Source: an uncultured bacterium
GTDB lineage: Bacteria; Chloroflexota; UBA5177; JANWHV01
Direction: 5' to 3'
NCBI GenBank assembly: GCA_963827235.1
Contig: CAWHAE010000018.1
Location: 384,001-448,000, forward strand
Length of the DNA stretch: 64,000 nucleotides
The notes below the pieces were generated by a model, which searched no databases, was not told the DNA's origin, and saw only the letters and a list, made by a program, of their open reading frames with translations. The stretch's first letter is position 1. Each line of letters opens with the position of its first letter. The position numbers and the translations under genes were made by a program. Shown here one piece after another: positions 46,561-57,549 of this stretch.

Positions 46561-48081
46561 CTACGCCAGCCCATAGATTGTGCCGAATTTCTCACGCAAA
46601 TAGCGAATGTACGGCTCGGTCGACAGCGGCACGCCCGTCGCTCGCAGCACGAGATCGGCCGCATCGTACTTCCGGCCGTGCCGGTGGATATTGGCGCGCA
46701 GCCAGTCAAGAAGCGGCGTAAACTGCCCGCTCCGGATCAGCCCAGGAAGGTCCGGAAGAACGCGGTTGACGGTCTCCCAGATCTGCGCCGCCACGATATT
46801 GCCCAGGGCGTAGCCCTGGAAATGGCCGAAACCGGTCGTCCAGTGGACGTCCTGCAGAATACCAAGGCCGTGATTGGGCGGCGTGATGCCGAGATAGTCG
46901 CGCATGGCGGCATTCCAGGCTTCCGGCGCCTCGGACACACCGACACTCCCGTCGAAGAGAGCCAGCTCGAGGTCGAAGCGCAGCATGATGTGCAGGCAGT
47001 AGGTCACCTCGTCGGCCTCTATGCGAATGTACGACGGCTGCACGCGGTTAATCGCGCGGTAGAAAGCCGCTACGTCGACATCGGCCAGCACGTCCGGATA
47101 GGCGGCCTGAACGGTTGGGTAGTAGTGCTGCCAAAACGGGAGCCCACGGCCGACGAAGTTTTCCCACAGGCGTGACTGGCTCTCGTGCACACCCGAGGAG
47201 AGATCGGTATCCAGCAGCGTGCGGTCGATGGACGGATCCAACCCCTGCTCGTACAGGGCATGCCCGGTCTCGTGGATGGTGCCCATGAGGGACACCGTGA
47301 GATCGCGCTCGTCGTATCGCGTGGTGATGCGGACGTCGTCTCGCCCCATGCCGGTCATGAAAGGATGCACGGTGCGGTCCAGGGCACCTCTGCCGAAATC
47401 GTAGCCGATTCTCGCCGCCACGTCGCGGCACAAGCTCTCCTGCACGCTCTCCTCGAACCGCCGGTGCAGTGGCGAGTCGTCGACGCCGTCCGCGCTCCCC
47501 GCAATCCGTCGCACGAGGTCGACGAGCGGCGGCCGCAGGTCGGCGAAAATCGCCTTCATGCCGGCTGCCGTCACACCCGGATCGTCCTCCTCGAGCAGGG
47601 CGTCGAACGGCTGCCGCTCGTAGCCGAGCGACTCGGCGAGACGGCGGTCCAGGTCGATGTTCTTCTGCAGCCAGGGCGCGAAAAGCTCGAAGCGGTTCTC
47701 GCGCTTCGCCGTTTCCCAGGCAGCGTTGGCAAGCGTGTGCACCCTGGCTCGTTCGGCGACGAGCTCGCGAGGCACCCGCGTGGCGCGGCGATAGTCCCGC
47801 AGTGTGACGCGTACCATGTTGAAGTCGACGGAATCGGGGCCCAGGCCCGCAACCTCCTCCTCCGCCGCGGAAAGCAGCTCGCCCATGCGGGACGACGTGA
47901 GGCGCGCGTGGGCGATGCTCCCGAGCACCGCCATGGACTCAGCCCGAGCGGGCGCCCCACCTGCGGGCATGTGGGTCAGCTCGTCCCAGCCGAGGACGCC
48001 AAGTGCTCGCCGGATGTCGGCCAGCTCCCGCAGCTCCGCCTTGAGCTGATTGAGCACACTCATTGAGAGTGGATCAGCCAT
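46561..48081 (-). CDS. carboxypeptidase Taq, peptidase M32
   Basis: HPF, DVRITTRY, HETGHALYEQG, HESQSRLWEN, IRIEADE, GILQDVHW. Confidence 0.96.
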   Translation of the reverse strand: MADPLSMSVLNQLKAELRELADIRRALGVLGWDELTHMPAGGAPARAESMAVLGSIAHARLTSSRMGELLSAAEEEVAGLGPDSVDFNMVRVTLRDYRRATRVPRELVAERARVHTLANAAWETAKRENRFELFAPWLQKNIDLDRRLAESLGYERQPFDALLEEDDPGVTAAGMKAIFADLRPPLVDLVRRIAGSADGVDDSPLHRRFEESVQESLCRDVAARIGYDFGRGALDRTVHPFMTGMGRDDVRITTRYDERDLTVSLMGTIHETGHALYEQGLDPSIDRTLLDTDLSSGVHESQSRLWENFVGRGLPFWQHYYPTVQAAYPDVLADVDVAAFYRAINRVQPSYIRIEADEVTYCLHIMLRFDLELALFDGSVGVSEAPEAWNAAMRDYLGITPPNHGLGILQDVHWTTGFGHFQGYALGNIVAAQIWETVNRVLPDLPGLIRSGQFTPLLDWLRANIHRHGRKYDAADLVLRATGVPLSTEPYIRYLREKFGTIYGLA

Positions 48082-48114
48082 ACTGGTCTCCTTGGATTCA
48101 AGAGTTCGTATCGT

Positions 48115-49488
48115 TCAGGACCTCAGTCTTGGCGCCGCGCTGGTCGACACGCGGTTCAAATTGAGGATCTCTTGCTGGACCGTTCGATCGGCCGTCTTCC
48201 AGCCTATCAGGAGCAGCGTGATCGTGAGCAGTCCAACCAGAAGAGCGAGATACTGGCTGCCGGGGATGAACCCAAACGCGAACAGGAACGCGAAGGTGGC
48301 AGGCAGCAGCATCCACTCTACTCGCTGTACGTGCATCTGGATGACCGCGTTCTCGACCTTCGTCACTTCTACTTCGCGCCTGCGCTCGGGACGGCGCGCG
48401 AACGCGGTGGCAGCGAAGGTTATCCAGGGCAGCAGGGCCCACACCGTGGACATGCCGGCGAACGATGGCAAGGCGACAAAGCCGAGAAATGCGGCCAGGC
48501 AGGCACCCGCGATCAGATAGCTTCTCAGAGCGCGTCGATACAATCCGCTTGCCACGCCCAGGGCGACGAGGTCGACGAGTGCGAACTGCTTGCTCACCGC
48601 GGCAGCGTCCTGCGGCCGTTGCTCGGGCACGACCTGCACGAGGGCGCCGACCAGCTGCTCCAGCTCCGGACTCACGTCGGGCTCCAGCTCGCGGACGAAC
48701 GGATGGCGAAACGGCGGCTCGTGCTCCGCATCGTATCCGGTCAACATATAGTGCACGGTGGCGCCCAGCGCGTAGAGATCGCTGCGCTCGTCGGCGAGCC
48801 CGTGATATTGTTCGGGCGGAGCGTAGCCCGGCGTGCCGATGGCCGTTCCGGGCAAGCCCCGCTGCAGAGGACGCGCCACGCCCAGGTCGAGCAGCATCAG
48901 CTTCATGTCCGGCAGTATGAGGATGTTGTCCGGCTTGAGGTCGCGATGGATGATCGGCGGATCCTGGCTGTGCAGATAGGCCAGCACGTCGGCCAACACG
49001 CAGGCCCAGCGCACCACGTAGTCCTCGCGCAGAGGCCCCTCGGAGATCACCAGCTCCTTGACCGTCCGCCCTTCCAGGAACGGCATCACCACGAAATGCT
49101 CGTCACCCTCGCTGAAGGCGGCAAGCAGCTCAGGGAGGTGAGGGTTCTTCAGAGACGACAGCAGCCCGGCCTCTCTGGCCAGCCAACTACGGGACTCTTG
49201 CTGCTCCTCGGCCGAGAGGCCGGCCACTGATACCTGCTTCACGGCAACCGTGCCGAGCTGCTCGCGAAGGTCCGTGGCTCGGTAGAGCGTGCTCATGCCC
49301 GAGCGATGAGTGACCATGTCGATGCGGAAGCGGCCGCCCAGAATGGTGCCCTGCGGCAGCACGCGCCCCTCGGCCCGCATGGTCAGAGGCGCTGCCACCG
49401 GACAGGCCATGCCCGGCGCGTGATACAGTCCGCAGTTGGGGCACGGGGCGACAACGTACCCCGGCTGCTGCATCGCGATGCTCGTCAT
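48115..49488 (-). CDS. Hanks-type Ser/Thr protein kinase with C-terminal TM segments
   Basis: VAVK, IIHRDLKPDNI, DLG, GTPGYAPPEQ, SDLYALG; N-terminal CPNC; start uncertain. Confidence 0.93.
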   Translation of the reverse strand: MTSIAMQQPGYVVAPCPNCGLYHAPGMACPVAAPLTMRAEGRVLPQGTILGGRFRIDMVTHRSGMSTLYRATDLREQLGTVAVKQVSVAGLSAEEQQESRSWLAREAGLLSSLKNPHLPELLAAFSEGDEHFVVMPFLEGRTVKELVISEGPLREDYVVRWACVLADVLAYLHSQDPPIIHRDLKPDNILILPDMKLMLLDLGVARPLQRGLPGTAIGTPGYAPPEQYHGLADERSDLYALGATVHYMLTGYDAEHEPPFRHPFVRELEPDVSPELEQLVGALVQVVPEQRPQDAAAVSKQFALVDLVALGVASGLYRRALRSYLIAGACLAAFLGFVALPSFAGMSTVWALLPWITFAATAFARRPERRREVEVTKVENAVIQMHVQRVEWMLLPATFAFLFAFGFIPGSQYLALLVGLLTITLLLIGWKTADRTVQQEILNLNRVSTSAAPRLRS

Positions 49489-49606
49489 GGCTTCACGCTC
49501 AACATATGGGGAGCGTAGCAGATCTACACTGCGAAGGGCGTCCAAGACCATGCATGTGCTACCATACCATCATGCTGAACAGACATTATTCTGCGAGCGC
49601 CGTCGG

Positions 49607-50521
49607 GTGTCCCGGGCCGGCCTCGTGCCGGTAGCCGGCGAGGACCAGGCGGCAGCGATCGTGGAGGCAACGGACCTGCTCGTACTCGCCGAGGCTGCGG
49701 CGTATGCGGCGGGTGCCGTGCTCCGCGAGAAGCTGGCCACCCCGCGCGAGATCTCATTCAAGAAGGGCCCCTCGGACCTGGTCACCGATGGCGACAAGGC
49801 ATCGGAAGCTATCGTGACCGCCAGAATTAGGGATAGTTTCCCCGAACACCGCATCCTGGCCGAGGAGGGTACGGTAGGTGCCGAATCCTCGCCCTATCGC
49901 TGGATCATCGATCCCGTCGATGGAACCACTAACTTCGCGCACGGTATCCCCGCCTTCGCCGTGTCGATCGGGGTCGAGCGCGACGGACAGCTACTGGCCG
50001 GCGTCGTCTACAATCCTGCCACCGAAGAGTTGTTCGCGGCCGCACGCGGAGCCGGCGCCACGCTCAACGGCCGTCCGATCGCGGTGAGCGGCATCGAGCG
50101 CCCCGAAGCGGCCCTCGCCGGATGCGGCGTGAACGGCCATCGTTTCAAGGGTCGCCTCGTGACCGCCGGGCAGACCTTTTCGCGCTTGACGCAGGGCTGC
50201 CGTACCACGGGTGCGGCTGCTATCGACCTCTGCTACGTGGCCTGCGGGCGCCTCGACCTCTTCTGCGGACCTTCGCTGGCGCCCTGGGATGTCGCTGCCG
50301 CCGCCCTGATCGTCTCGGAGGCAGGCGGCAAGGTCACCGATTTCGATGGCCAGCCGCACAGGCTCGAGCGGCGCGACATTCTGGCCAGCAACGGCCTGGT
50401 GCACCGCTTCGCGCTTGCGGTGGCCCGCGGGGAACTGGTGGGCCGGCGGCGTTTCTCGGTGTCCCTGCGCAAGCTGCGCCGTCGCCGGGCCCAAGCAGAA
50501 TCCGCGGACGGGGCGGAGTGA
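49607..50521 (+). CDS. suhB: inositol monophosphatase family protein (SuhB-like)
   Basis: DLVTDGD, AEEG, WIIDPVDGTTNFAHG, PWDVAAA..IVSEAGG; start uncertain. Confidence 0.9.
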   Translation: MSRAGLVPVAGEDQAAAIVEATDLLVLAEAAAYAAGAVLREKLATPREISFKKGPSDLVTDGDKASEAIVTARIRDSFPEHRILAEEGTVGAESSPYRWIIDPVDGTTNFAHGIPAFAVSIGVERDGQLLAGVVYNPATEELFAAARGAGATLNGRPIAVSGIERPEAALAGCGVNGHRFKGRLVTAGQTFSRLTQGCRTTGAAAIDLCYVACGRLDLFCGPSLAPWDVAAAALIVSEAGGKVTDFDGQPHRLERRDILASNGLVHRFALAVARGELVGRRRFSVSLRKLRRRRAQAESADGAE

Positions 50522-50588
50522 CGCCCCTGTCGCTCAATTGCTGTCGCGGCAGCCTCCGGCCGCGGCTCAAGGCCCCGCTCGCCCGGCG

Positions 50589-53042
50589 TCAGTCCTCCAG
50601 GGCTGGTGCCTTGCGCCGCGACTCGATCCACACCACCAGCGGCGGCAGCACGACCAGGGTGGCGATCAGGATGCCCGCCATGTCCACCGCTACCACGATG
50701 CCAAATACGCGAAGGGCCGGGAAGTCGGAGGCGATCAGGGCCGAGAAGCCCGCCATGACCATCAAGCCCGAGGTGGCGATGGCGCGGCCGATACGCCGCA
50801 TTGCCAAGTCCATGGCCTCGGCAGGAGGCCGGCCGGCCGCGCTCTCCTCGTAGTAGCGCTCCGTGAGCAGGATCGTGAACTCGGCGCCGATGCCGATGAT
50901 CAGAGCGCCGAGCGTCACCGTCAGCGGGTTCCACGGCTCGCCCAGTACGTACATGGCGCCGGACGACCAGCCGATGACCAGGATCATGGGCACCACCACC
51001 AGCAGCGCGCGGCGCGGCCGGCGGTACAGCACCAGCAGGCCAAGGAACACTACGCCGACCCCGAGCAGCGTGATCTGCAGACGGTTTTGCGTGAGCACGG
51101 ATACGGTCTTGGCGGCCACCACCGCCGTGCCCGTGAGCTCGGCCGTCACGCCGGCCGGTGGCACGGCTTCCGCCTGAAGCTGGTCGATCAGCGTCACCTG
51201 CTGGTCCATCGGCCGTTGCTGAATGGTCAGGATGATCGTCGCCTGGTGGAGGTCGGTGGTCAGCACCTTGCTGCGCAGCACGGCCGGGCTGCTTGCCAAT
51301 AGCTGCTTCACCGCCGCAGCCGTGGGATGCTGGTCGCCGGCCACGGCCGCCAGCAGGGTCACCGGACTACTGGCCGATACGATGATCGAATGGCGCGCCA
51401 ATGCGGTCTTCTGGTAGTCCTCCATCCATTGCATGACCGCCGGCGCCGTCACGTCGGGCGCCGTCACCATCACGTCGAGTTCCGTGGTGCCGCCATTCAC
51501 GGCGCGAATCTGCCATATCTGCTTGAGCGCCGACATGCCCTGCGGCACCAGACGCTCGATGTCCGTCTGCGTGGAGATATGGCTGTCGGCCGCCCAGCCG
51601 GCCACCGAGATCAACACCGCCGCCGCCAGAATAGGAAGCGGTCGCGGGATGACCACCATGCTCAGCCAAGCGAGCACGCGATCGACGACATGCGCTTCCT
51701 TGGAGCGGGCTGTTCGACCTGACCTGTGCAGGCGCCGGTCGCGCAATACCAGGATGCTCGTCAGCACCAGCACGCTGGCAACGTACGCCAGCAGCACGCC
51801 GCCCGCCAGCACCTTGGCGAAATCGCGCACCATCGGTACCGGCGAGATGAGCAGCGTGAGAAAGCCGAGGATCGTCGCCACGACCGCAATGCCCACCGCG
51901 GGCGCGATCCGGGAGAGAGCCGATCGCAGGACGTCCACGCCAAACCGCCGGGACGCTTCCTCTTCGTAGCGATTGTGAAACTGCACCATGTAGTCGACGC
52001 CGAGTCCAAGCAGGATCGGCAGCGATGCAGTCGTGGCGATGGTCAGATTGAGCTGGAACCAGCCCATCAACCCGAAGGTCACGACCACCGCGACCAGCAC
52101 CACGCCCAGAGGCAGCAGGCGCCACCGCACGTTGAAGACGAGCACGAGCACGATGCCCATGATCAGGAAGGCCACGCCGAACAGGAGAAACAGATTGCTG
52201 ATCAGCACGGGCACGAGGTCGCCGAATAGCACCGGGATGCCCGAGATGGTCAGCGTCTGCCCGGGCACGGGATGATGGTTATAGGCGTCCTTCACCGCCG
52301 AGTCGGCGTTGCGCTGAGGGGACAGATCGAGATTCCCGTCGAGCTGCACTTGGGTAATCGCGTGCCGGGCATCGGGAAACAGAGCCGCCAGGGTGGAGTT
52401 CGACGGCCTGGCACCCGTGCCCAGGATGGCCGCGATCACGCGCGGATTTGAGTCGCTGAGCGGGTTGAGCGACAGCAGGGCCAGTGCCTGGGGCCGGCTC
52501 TTGCGCAGCTCGGCGACGAAAGCTGCATCGGCCTTCTGCCTGGCCTGCGCCACGGCCGCGGCCGCGACCTTCGCCGGCGCACGAGCGGTGGCCTGCTTGG
52601 CCTGGCTCACCGCCTGCTGCTCGACGCGCGCTTGCGCGGCCAGCAGCTCCTGTTTCTGTGTGGACATGCTCTTGACTTCGAGATCGATGACCGCGGCGGG
52701 CGATATCACCTGCCGGACGTAGCAATTGGCCAGCGCCTCGGCAGCAGCCGCGCGCTGGGCCGCCAGGCCGGCCGGACTGAGCAGATCCTGCCGGTCGCCG
52801 GTCATCATGACGAAGATGCTGTCGCCGCCGAACGAGCGCTGGAACCGGTTATTGGTGGTGTACGTACGGCTGCTTTCGTTGATGAACGTGTTGTAGCCGG
52901 TGGCCAATCCAAGCCGGGCCAGGCCCACGGCGCATACCGCCACGACCATCAAGGCAACGACCAGAATGCCCATGGGCCGTCGATGGACCAGATCGGCAAG
53001 GCGATCGAAGACTGGCTTCACGAAGTGTGTCCTTTCATGCAT
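50589..53042 (-). CDS. MMPL/RND (HAE3-type) transporter
   Basis: GLGVDYMVQFHNRYEEE and GIGAEFTILLTERYYEE; two MMPL halves. Confidence 0.92.
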   Translation of the reverse strand: MHERTHFVKPVFDRLADLVHRRPMGILVVALMVVAVCAVGLARLGLATGYNTFINESSRTYTTNNRFQRSFGGDSIFVMMTGDRQDLLSPAGLAAQRAAAAEALANCYVRQVISPAAVIDLEVKSMSTQKQELLAAQARVEQQAVSQAKQATARAPAKVAAAAVAQARQKADAAFVAELRKSRPQALALLSLNPLSDSNPRVIAAILGTGARPSNSTLAALFPDARHAITQVQLDGNLDLSPQRNADSAVKDAYNHHPVPGQTLTISGIPVLFGDLVPVLISNLFLLFGVAFLIMGIVLVLVFNVRWRLLPLGVVLVAVVVTFGLMGWFQLNLTIATTASLPILLGLGVDYMVQFHNRYEEEASRRFGVDVLRSALSRIAPAVGIAVVATILGFLTLLISPVPMVRDFAKVLAGGVLLAYVASVLVLTSILVLRDRRLHRSGRTARSKEAHVVDRVLAWLSMVVIPRPLPILAAAVLISVAGWAADSHISTQTDIERLVPQGMSALKQIWQIRAVNGGTTELDVMVTAPDVTAPAVMQWMEDYQKTALARHSIIVSASSPVTLLAAVAGDQHPTAAAVKQLLASSPAVLRSKVLTTDLHQATIILTIQQRPMDQQVTLIDQLQAEAVPPAGVTAELTGTAVVAAKTVSVLTQNRLQITLLGVGVVFLGLLVLYRRPRRALLVVVPMILVIGWSSGAMYVLGEPWNPLTVTLGALIIGIGAEFTILLTERYYEESAAGRPPAEAMDLAMRRIGRAIATSGLMVMAGFSALIASDFPALRVFGIVVAVDMAGILIATLVVLPPLVVWIESRRKAPALED

Positions 53043-53055
53043 GGCCGGTCCGGCG

Positions 53056-53631
53056 CTATCGCGGGCTCAGGCCCTCGAGCACGAACGCGACGGTGTGATC
53101 CGCGAAGGCGTCCACCGCGGTCGTGGCTCCGGTCAACCGGTATTCGGCCAGATAGGCATGGATAGTGCCGAGGATGGAGAGAGCGGCCAGACGCGGATCC
53201 ACTGCGCGAAAGGCCGAAGTGTCTACGCCGCGCCGCACCACGCGGTCGATGGGCAGGATGAGCTGCTCCTGCACACGCGTGGCCAGGGGCCCGAGCACCT
53301 CCGTGCCCTCGCCGAAGAACTCGCGACTGATCACCTGCGCTAGGTCGTACCGCTCGCGCAGCACGCCGACATAGCAATGGATCAGCGAGGCAAGCTGCTC
53401 CTCGGGTGTGCCGGTGGCCAGGATCGGCTCGAGCACCCGACGCACGTCGGCCGAGAATCGCTCGAGGAGGGCGGCAAGCAGCTCCTCTTTGCTGTGGAAG
53501 TAGTAGTAGATCGCCGGCTTTGTTATGCCCACCTGGCCGGCGATCTGCGCCAGGCCCGTCTTCTCGTAGCCGAGCCTGGCGAAAAGATCCTGGGCCGTCT
53601 CCAGAATCCGCTCGCGTGTATCTATCGCCAT
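53056..53631 (-). CDS. TetR/AcrR-family regulator
   Basis: GYEKTGLAQIAGQVGITKPAIYYYFHSKEELL. Confidence 0.94.
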   Translation of the reverse strand: MAIDTRERILETAQDLFARLGYEKTGLAQIAGQVGITKPAIYYYFHSKEELLAALLERFSADVRRVLEPILATGTPEEQLASLIHCYVGVLRERYDLAQVISREFFGEGTEVLGPLATRVQEQLILPIDRVVRRGVDTSAFRAVDPRLAALSILGTIHAYLAEYRLTGATTAVDAFADHTVAFVLEGLSPR

Positions 53632-54109
53632 ACCGTGTTCCCATCGGTCTTTTAACTATCGGTAATCAAACACAGTAGAACACAGCCCGCTTCGGGCCGT
53701 CAAGTGCCAAATGGCACAGCCCGCTTTGGACCCTCAAGCACCTGTTGGCCGATGCCGGAACCGTCATGCCGTCGTCACGGCCGGTCGGCAATGCGGTCGC
53801 GAGCCGCACGGCGATCGGCATCCGCGGCGTGGAGGCCCTTTCGCTGCTCGCGTTCGGACGCCGGCCAGGATCTCACGGCACATCGAGAGGTCGCCCGGCG
53901 TGGAGCGGCACGCACGATGCCCAGGGCTGCACACAAGATTCGTCGCCCGTACACAAGAGTCGCCATACGCGCGCTGCCATCCACCGCAACGCTCAAGGCG
54001 GGAAAGCCCTATTCGAGTAACGCGCCGGAAACGGCCGGCTCGTAGAGTGGGTGCAGAGAGAAACGTGTCTGTGTGCCGCTCGATTCACCGGCGGCGAAAG
54101 GATCTGCAT

Positions 54110-55231
54110 ATGGCTCGCTCCACTACCCTGCGTGCAGCCCTCTTTCTCTGGCTCACACTCTCGATCCTTGCCTTGCCCGCACGAGTCACAGCTCACGCGT
54201 CGAGCACCGCGGCAACCGCATCCGGCCGCTCCGGCGCCGGTGCTGCCACCTGGATCAGCCGCCGCAACCCGGTCTCCGGCGACGCAGCGGTCACGCTCAA
54301 CGCGGTCGCCTGCTCCACCGCCAGGATATGCGTTGCAGTGGGCGGCACCGGCACCATTCTGTCCACCACGGACGGCGGCGTCACCTGGCATAAGCGTTAC
54401 TCCGGCACTCCCGTGGGCCTGGATGCCGTTACGTGTGTGACCAAGGGGGTCTGCCTGGCCGTCGGCGAACAGCTCGTCCACTACCTCAACGTGCACTACT
54501 CGACAGGCGACAGAGGCGGCGCCATCCTCACCAGCCAGGACGGCGGCCTCACGTGGCGTCAGCGCCACAACCCCATGGACACGTACCTGAATACCTGCCC
54601 ATCGTGCCTGGTGGCCATAGGCGAAGCGTTGCATGGCACAAGCTGCTGGAGCCTGACAGGCTGCTTGGCCGTGGGTGAGGACGCCGCCTTGCTGGTCAGC
54701 ACTGACGGCGGTGCCGGATGGATCGCCCGTCGCTCACTGGTTATTCCGGGCGGCCAGCGTCCCGGACTGTGGGCCATCGCCTGCCCGTTCGGCAGAACGT
54801 GCCTGGCCGCCGGCGAGCACGGCACTATACTGACCAGCACGGACGGTGGCGCCAACTGGACGATCCGCCCCAACCCCTACTCCGGCACCTGGAGCGTCCT
54901 GAACGCCATCGCCTGTGCGAGCAGCAAAGTCTGCCTGGCAGCCGGCGATAGCGGCATGCTGGCCAGCGCGGATGGTGGTGCCACGTGGCACCAGAGCACC
55001 GGCCCGCGAGCAGCCGCTATCACCTGTCCAACAAGCAAGACCTGCCTGGCTGTGGGAGACAACGGCACAATTGCCACCAGCCTGGATGCGGGTGCCACCT
55101 GGAGCACGTACCACTATCCCTCGGCCGCCGGGACGGCGTTCCAGGGCGTCGCCTGCGTCTCCGGCAACACCTGTCTGGCAGTGGGCCAGAACGGCACTAT
55201 CCTCCAGAACACGGATCTCGGCGCCGGCTGA
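54110..55231 (+). CDS. secreted Cys-rich BNR/YCF48-like beta-propeller protein
   Basis: Signal peptide and about 7 repeats of L.AVAC.....CLAVG..GTIL.STDGG.TW. Confidence 0.85.
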   Translation: MARSTTLRAALFLWLTLSILALPARVTAHASSTAATASGRSGAGAATWISRRNPVSGDAAVTLNAVACSTARICVAVGGTGTILSTTDGGVTWHKRYSGTPVGLDAVTCVTKGVCLAVGEQLVHYLNVHYSTGDRGGAILTSQDGGLTWRQRHNPMDTYLNTCPSCLVAIGEALHGTSCWSLTGCLAVGEDAALLVSTDGGAGWIARRSLVIPGGQRPGLWAIACPFGRTCLAAGEHGTILTSTDGGANWTIRPNPYSGTWSVLNAIACASSKVCLAAGDSGMLASADGGATWHQSTGPRAAAITCPTSKTCLAVGDNGTIATSLDAGATWSTYHYPSAAGTAFQGVACVSGNTCLAVGQNGTILQNTDLGAG

Positions 55232-55462
55232 GTGCCGTCCCGAAAGGCCTTCCACGGTTGCCGGGAAGCGGCCGCTCACGGCACGGTCGCTTCCCGAGAC
55301 TTCGCAACCGCCAAGCCACATGGCGCTACCGATCACGACTGCCCATACGACGATCCTGCCTCCCCAGCCGGCTTGGTACTTCATAGAAGCGCATCGTGTA
55401 GCGGGCACGGATCCGAGCAGGAGCCCTGTTCGCCTCGAACGGGGCACTGCTCAGCAAGGAGT

Positions 55463-57139
55463 TCACATCCCACCGCGCAGCTGCGTGGCAACCAACGCGC
55501 CGGCAACCAGCGCAACTGCCACGGCGGACAACGCAGGCCGCGCGCCGTTCAGGAATGCGCTCGCAAACGTGTCTCGATAGACGGCTGCGATCTGCCGCGC
55601 GGTCTCGGGCGAGGCATGCACCGGCACTCCAAAGTGCATCGTCTGTCCTGCCCCGAACTGCTGCACGCTCGCGCCCGCCGCCCGCCAGTAGGCGAGGAAC
55701 TGCGGTCGGAGATCAGCCGGGAGCTGCGTGACATGCCTCGCAGCCTGCCTGGGCAGATCCGCGGCCACCCGATTGGCCAGCACGGCGCCGACGACCGCGG
55801 TGCCCATGGCAGCGCCGACTCCACGCAGCGTGTTGAAGAAGCCGGAGGCGGCTCCCGACAACGCCGGTGCCACGCCGCGCATTGCCACCGTGACCATCGG
55901 CACCATGGTGCATCCCATACCCAGACCGGCCACCGCCAGGGGGATGGCGAAGGTCCAGGAAGTGTCATCGAGCGCAAGCACGTCGACGACGAGACCCACA
56001 CCCACGGCCGAGAGCCCGCAACCCGCCAGGAGAAGGTACTTGGGGTTCAGGTGATCGCTGAGCCGCCCGGCGAGCGGAGCCACGATCATCATCACCAGTG
56101 TGCTAGAAAGTGCCGTCAGACCACTCTGCGTGGCTGACCAGCCCAACACGGACTGCATGAAGAGCATCGCCGGCACAAACATGCTCGTCGTCGCGAACGA
56201 CACCGCAATCGAGAGGGCGCTCCCCGCCGTGAAGTTGCGGTCGCGAAACAGGGGGAACGGAAGCAGCGGCTGGCTCGCGCGTCGCTCCAGGAGGACAAAG
56301 AGCGCCAGGACGAACGCTGCATACACAAACAGGCTGTAGGCGCTGACGAGACTCCAGCGGGTAGGTCCGAGCGAAACGGCGCCGAACCCGTCGATCGGTC
56401 CCCAGGCAGAGCGCTGGCCCTCCACCAGGGCAAACATGCCCAGAAACAGCGCAGTGGAAACGAGCACGACGCCCCGAGGGTCCAGATGATGGCTGCCGCG
56501 GAAGCGGATCTCCGGCATGAGGAGGTAAGCTGCCGCCATGGCCGCCAGACCCACGGGAACGTTGATGAAGAAGATCGCTTGCCAGTCGAAGGTGGTGACC
56601 AGGTAGCCGCCGAGCACTGGTCCCACCGACGTGGAGGCACCGGCGACGATGCCCCAGACGCCGAAGGCGGCCCCGCGACGCGCCGGTGGGAAGAGCGTAT
56701 TGATCATGCTCATCGTTTGCGGCGCGAGAAGCGCCCCGCCCGCTGCCTGAACCAGGCGCGACAGGATCAGCTCCGTGCCGGTCTGAGCGAAGCCGCACGC
56801 ACCCGAACCCAGGGTGAATACCGCCACACCGGTGAGGAACAGACGCTTGGGACCGAACATGTCGCCCAGACGGGCCGCCGTGATCAGCAGCACCGCGTAG
56901 ACCAGGGTGTACCCGTTGATGACCCATAGCACCTGATCGAACCCGATATCGAGGCCCTCTTCCATTCTCGGCATGGCCACCTGAACGATGGTCGTGTCAA
57001 GAAGGATCATGAAGAACCCGAATGTGAGGACAAAGAGAATAACCCAAGGGCTGGCATGGATACGAGAAGCGAGAATCGACGGCTGATCACTCTGACATAC
57101 TTGCTTGGCTCCGCTGCTATTGTCCCGATTCGTACGCAT
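55463..57139 (-). CDS. MFS DHA2 efflux transporter
   Basis: LLDTTIVQVAMP, RLGDMFGPKR, GPVLGG, WQAIFFINVPVG. Confidence 0.94.
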   Translation of the reverse strand: MRTNRDNSSGAKQVCQSDQPSILASRIHASPWVILFVLTFGFFMILLDTTIVQVAMPRMEEGLDIGFDQVLWVINGYTLVYAVLLITAARLGDMFGPKRLFLTGVAVFTLGSGACGFAQTGTELILSRLVQAAGGALLAPQTMSMINTLFPPARRGAAFGVWGIVAGASTSVGPVLGGYLVTTFDWQAIFFINVPVGLAAMAAAYLLMPEIRFRGSHHLDPRGVVLVSTALFLGMFALVEGQRSAWGPIDGFGAVSLGPTRWSLVSAYSLFVYAAFVLALFVLLERRASQPLLPFPLFRDRNFTAGSALSIAVSFATTSMFVPAMLFMQSVLGWSATQSGLTALSSTLVMMIVAPLAGRLSDHLNPKYLLLAGCGLSAVGVGLVVDVLALDDTSWTFAIPLAVAGLGMGCTMVPMVTVAMRGVAPALSGAASGFFNTLRGVGAAMGTAVVGAVLANRVAADLPRQAARHVTQLPADLRPQFLAYWRAAGASVQQFGAGQTMHFGVPVHASPETARQIAAVYRDTFASAFLNGARPALSAVAVALVAGALVATQLRGGM

Positions 57140-57223
57140 AGCGTGACCTCCGGTTCACAGCGCAATAGCGCAGGGAAACGCAGTAGTGGCTCACGATGAA
57201 AGCGGGCCGCGCGCGCAAGCATG

Positions 57224-57252
57224 ACTTTATCAGGGAAGAAACGCTATGTCAA
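57224..57252 (-). promoter_or_regulatory. sigma70 promoter for the MFS gene
   Basis: TTGACA-17-TAAAGT with an extended -10 TG. Confidence 0.65.
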
Positions 57253-57549
57253 TCCGTTGCGCAACGAACAATGATAGGTGTATAATATAGGTGCAAGGAA
57301 TGGACGATATGCTCATTGATAGATCCGCGTTTGCGGGGTGATCGAAGAAGTGGTATAATAGCAAGAGATCGCTGATGACTGCCGCGGCGGTGCTGCGGTC
57401 GGCGCCATCAACCGATTTCTGCCTCTCGCGCCCGCGAGCAGTTGCAGCGGCCCGCCTGACCATGCGGCCACATCGCATCACGCAAAACGGCAAACGGCGC
57501 CTAGCTCTGTCGGGTGGGCGCTGGTGCGTGCGGTGCGGAAGGCGCTGCC

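Noticed and set aside
55232-55384. Possible lipoprotein signal (MKYQAGWGGRIVVWAVVIGSAMWLGGC) on the minus strand
   Set aside because: The ORF runs straight into the antisense of the BNR-repeat gene and has no clear RBS; at best it is a remnant.
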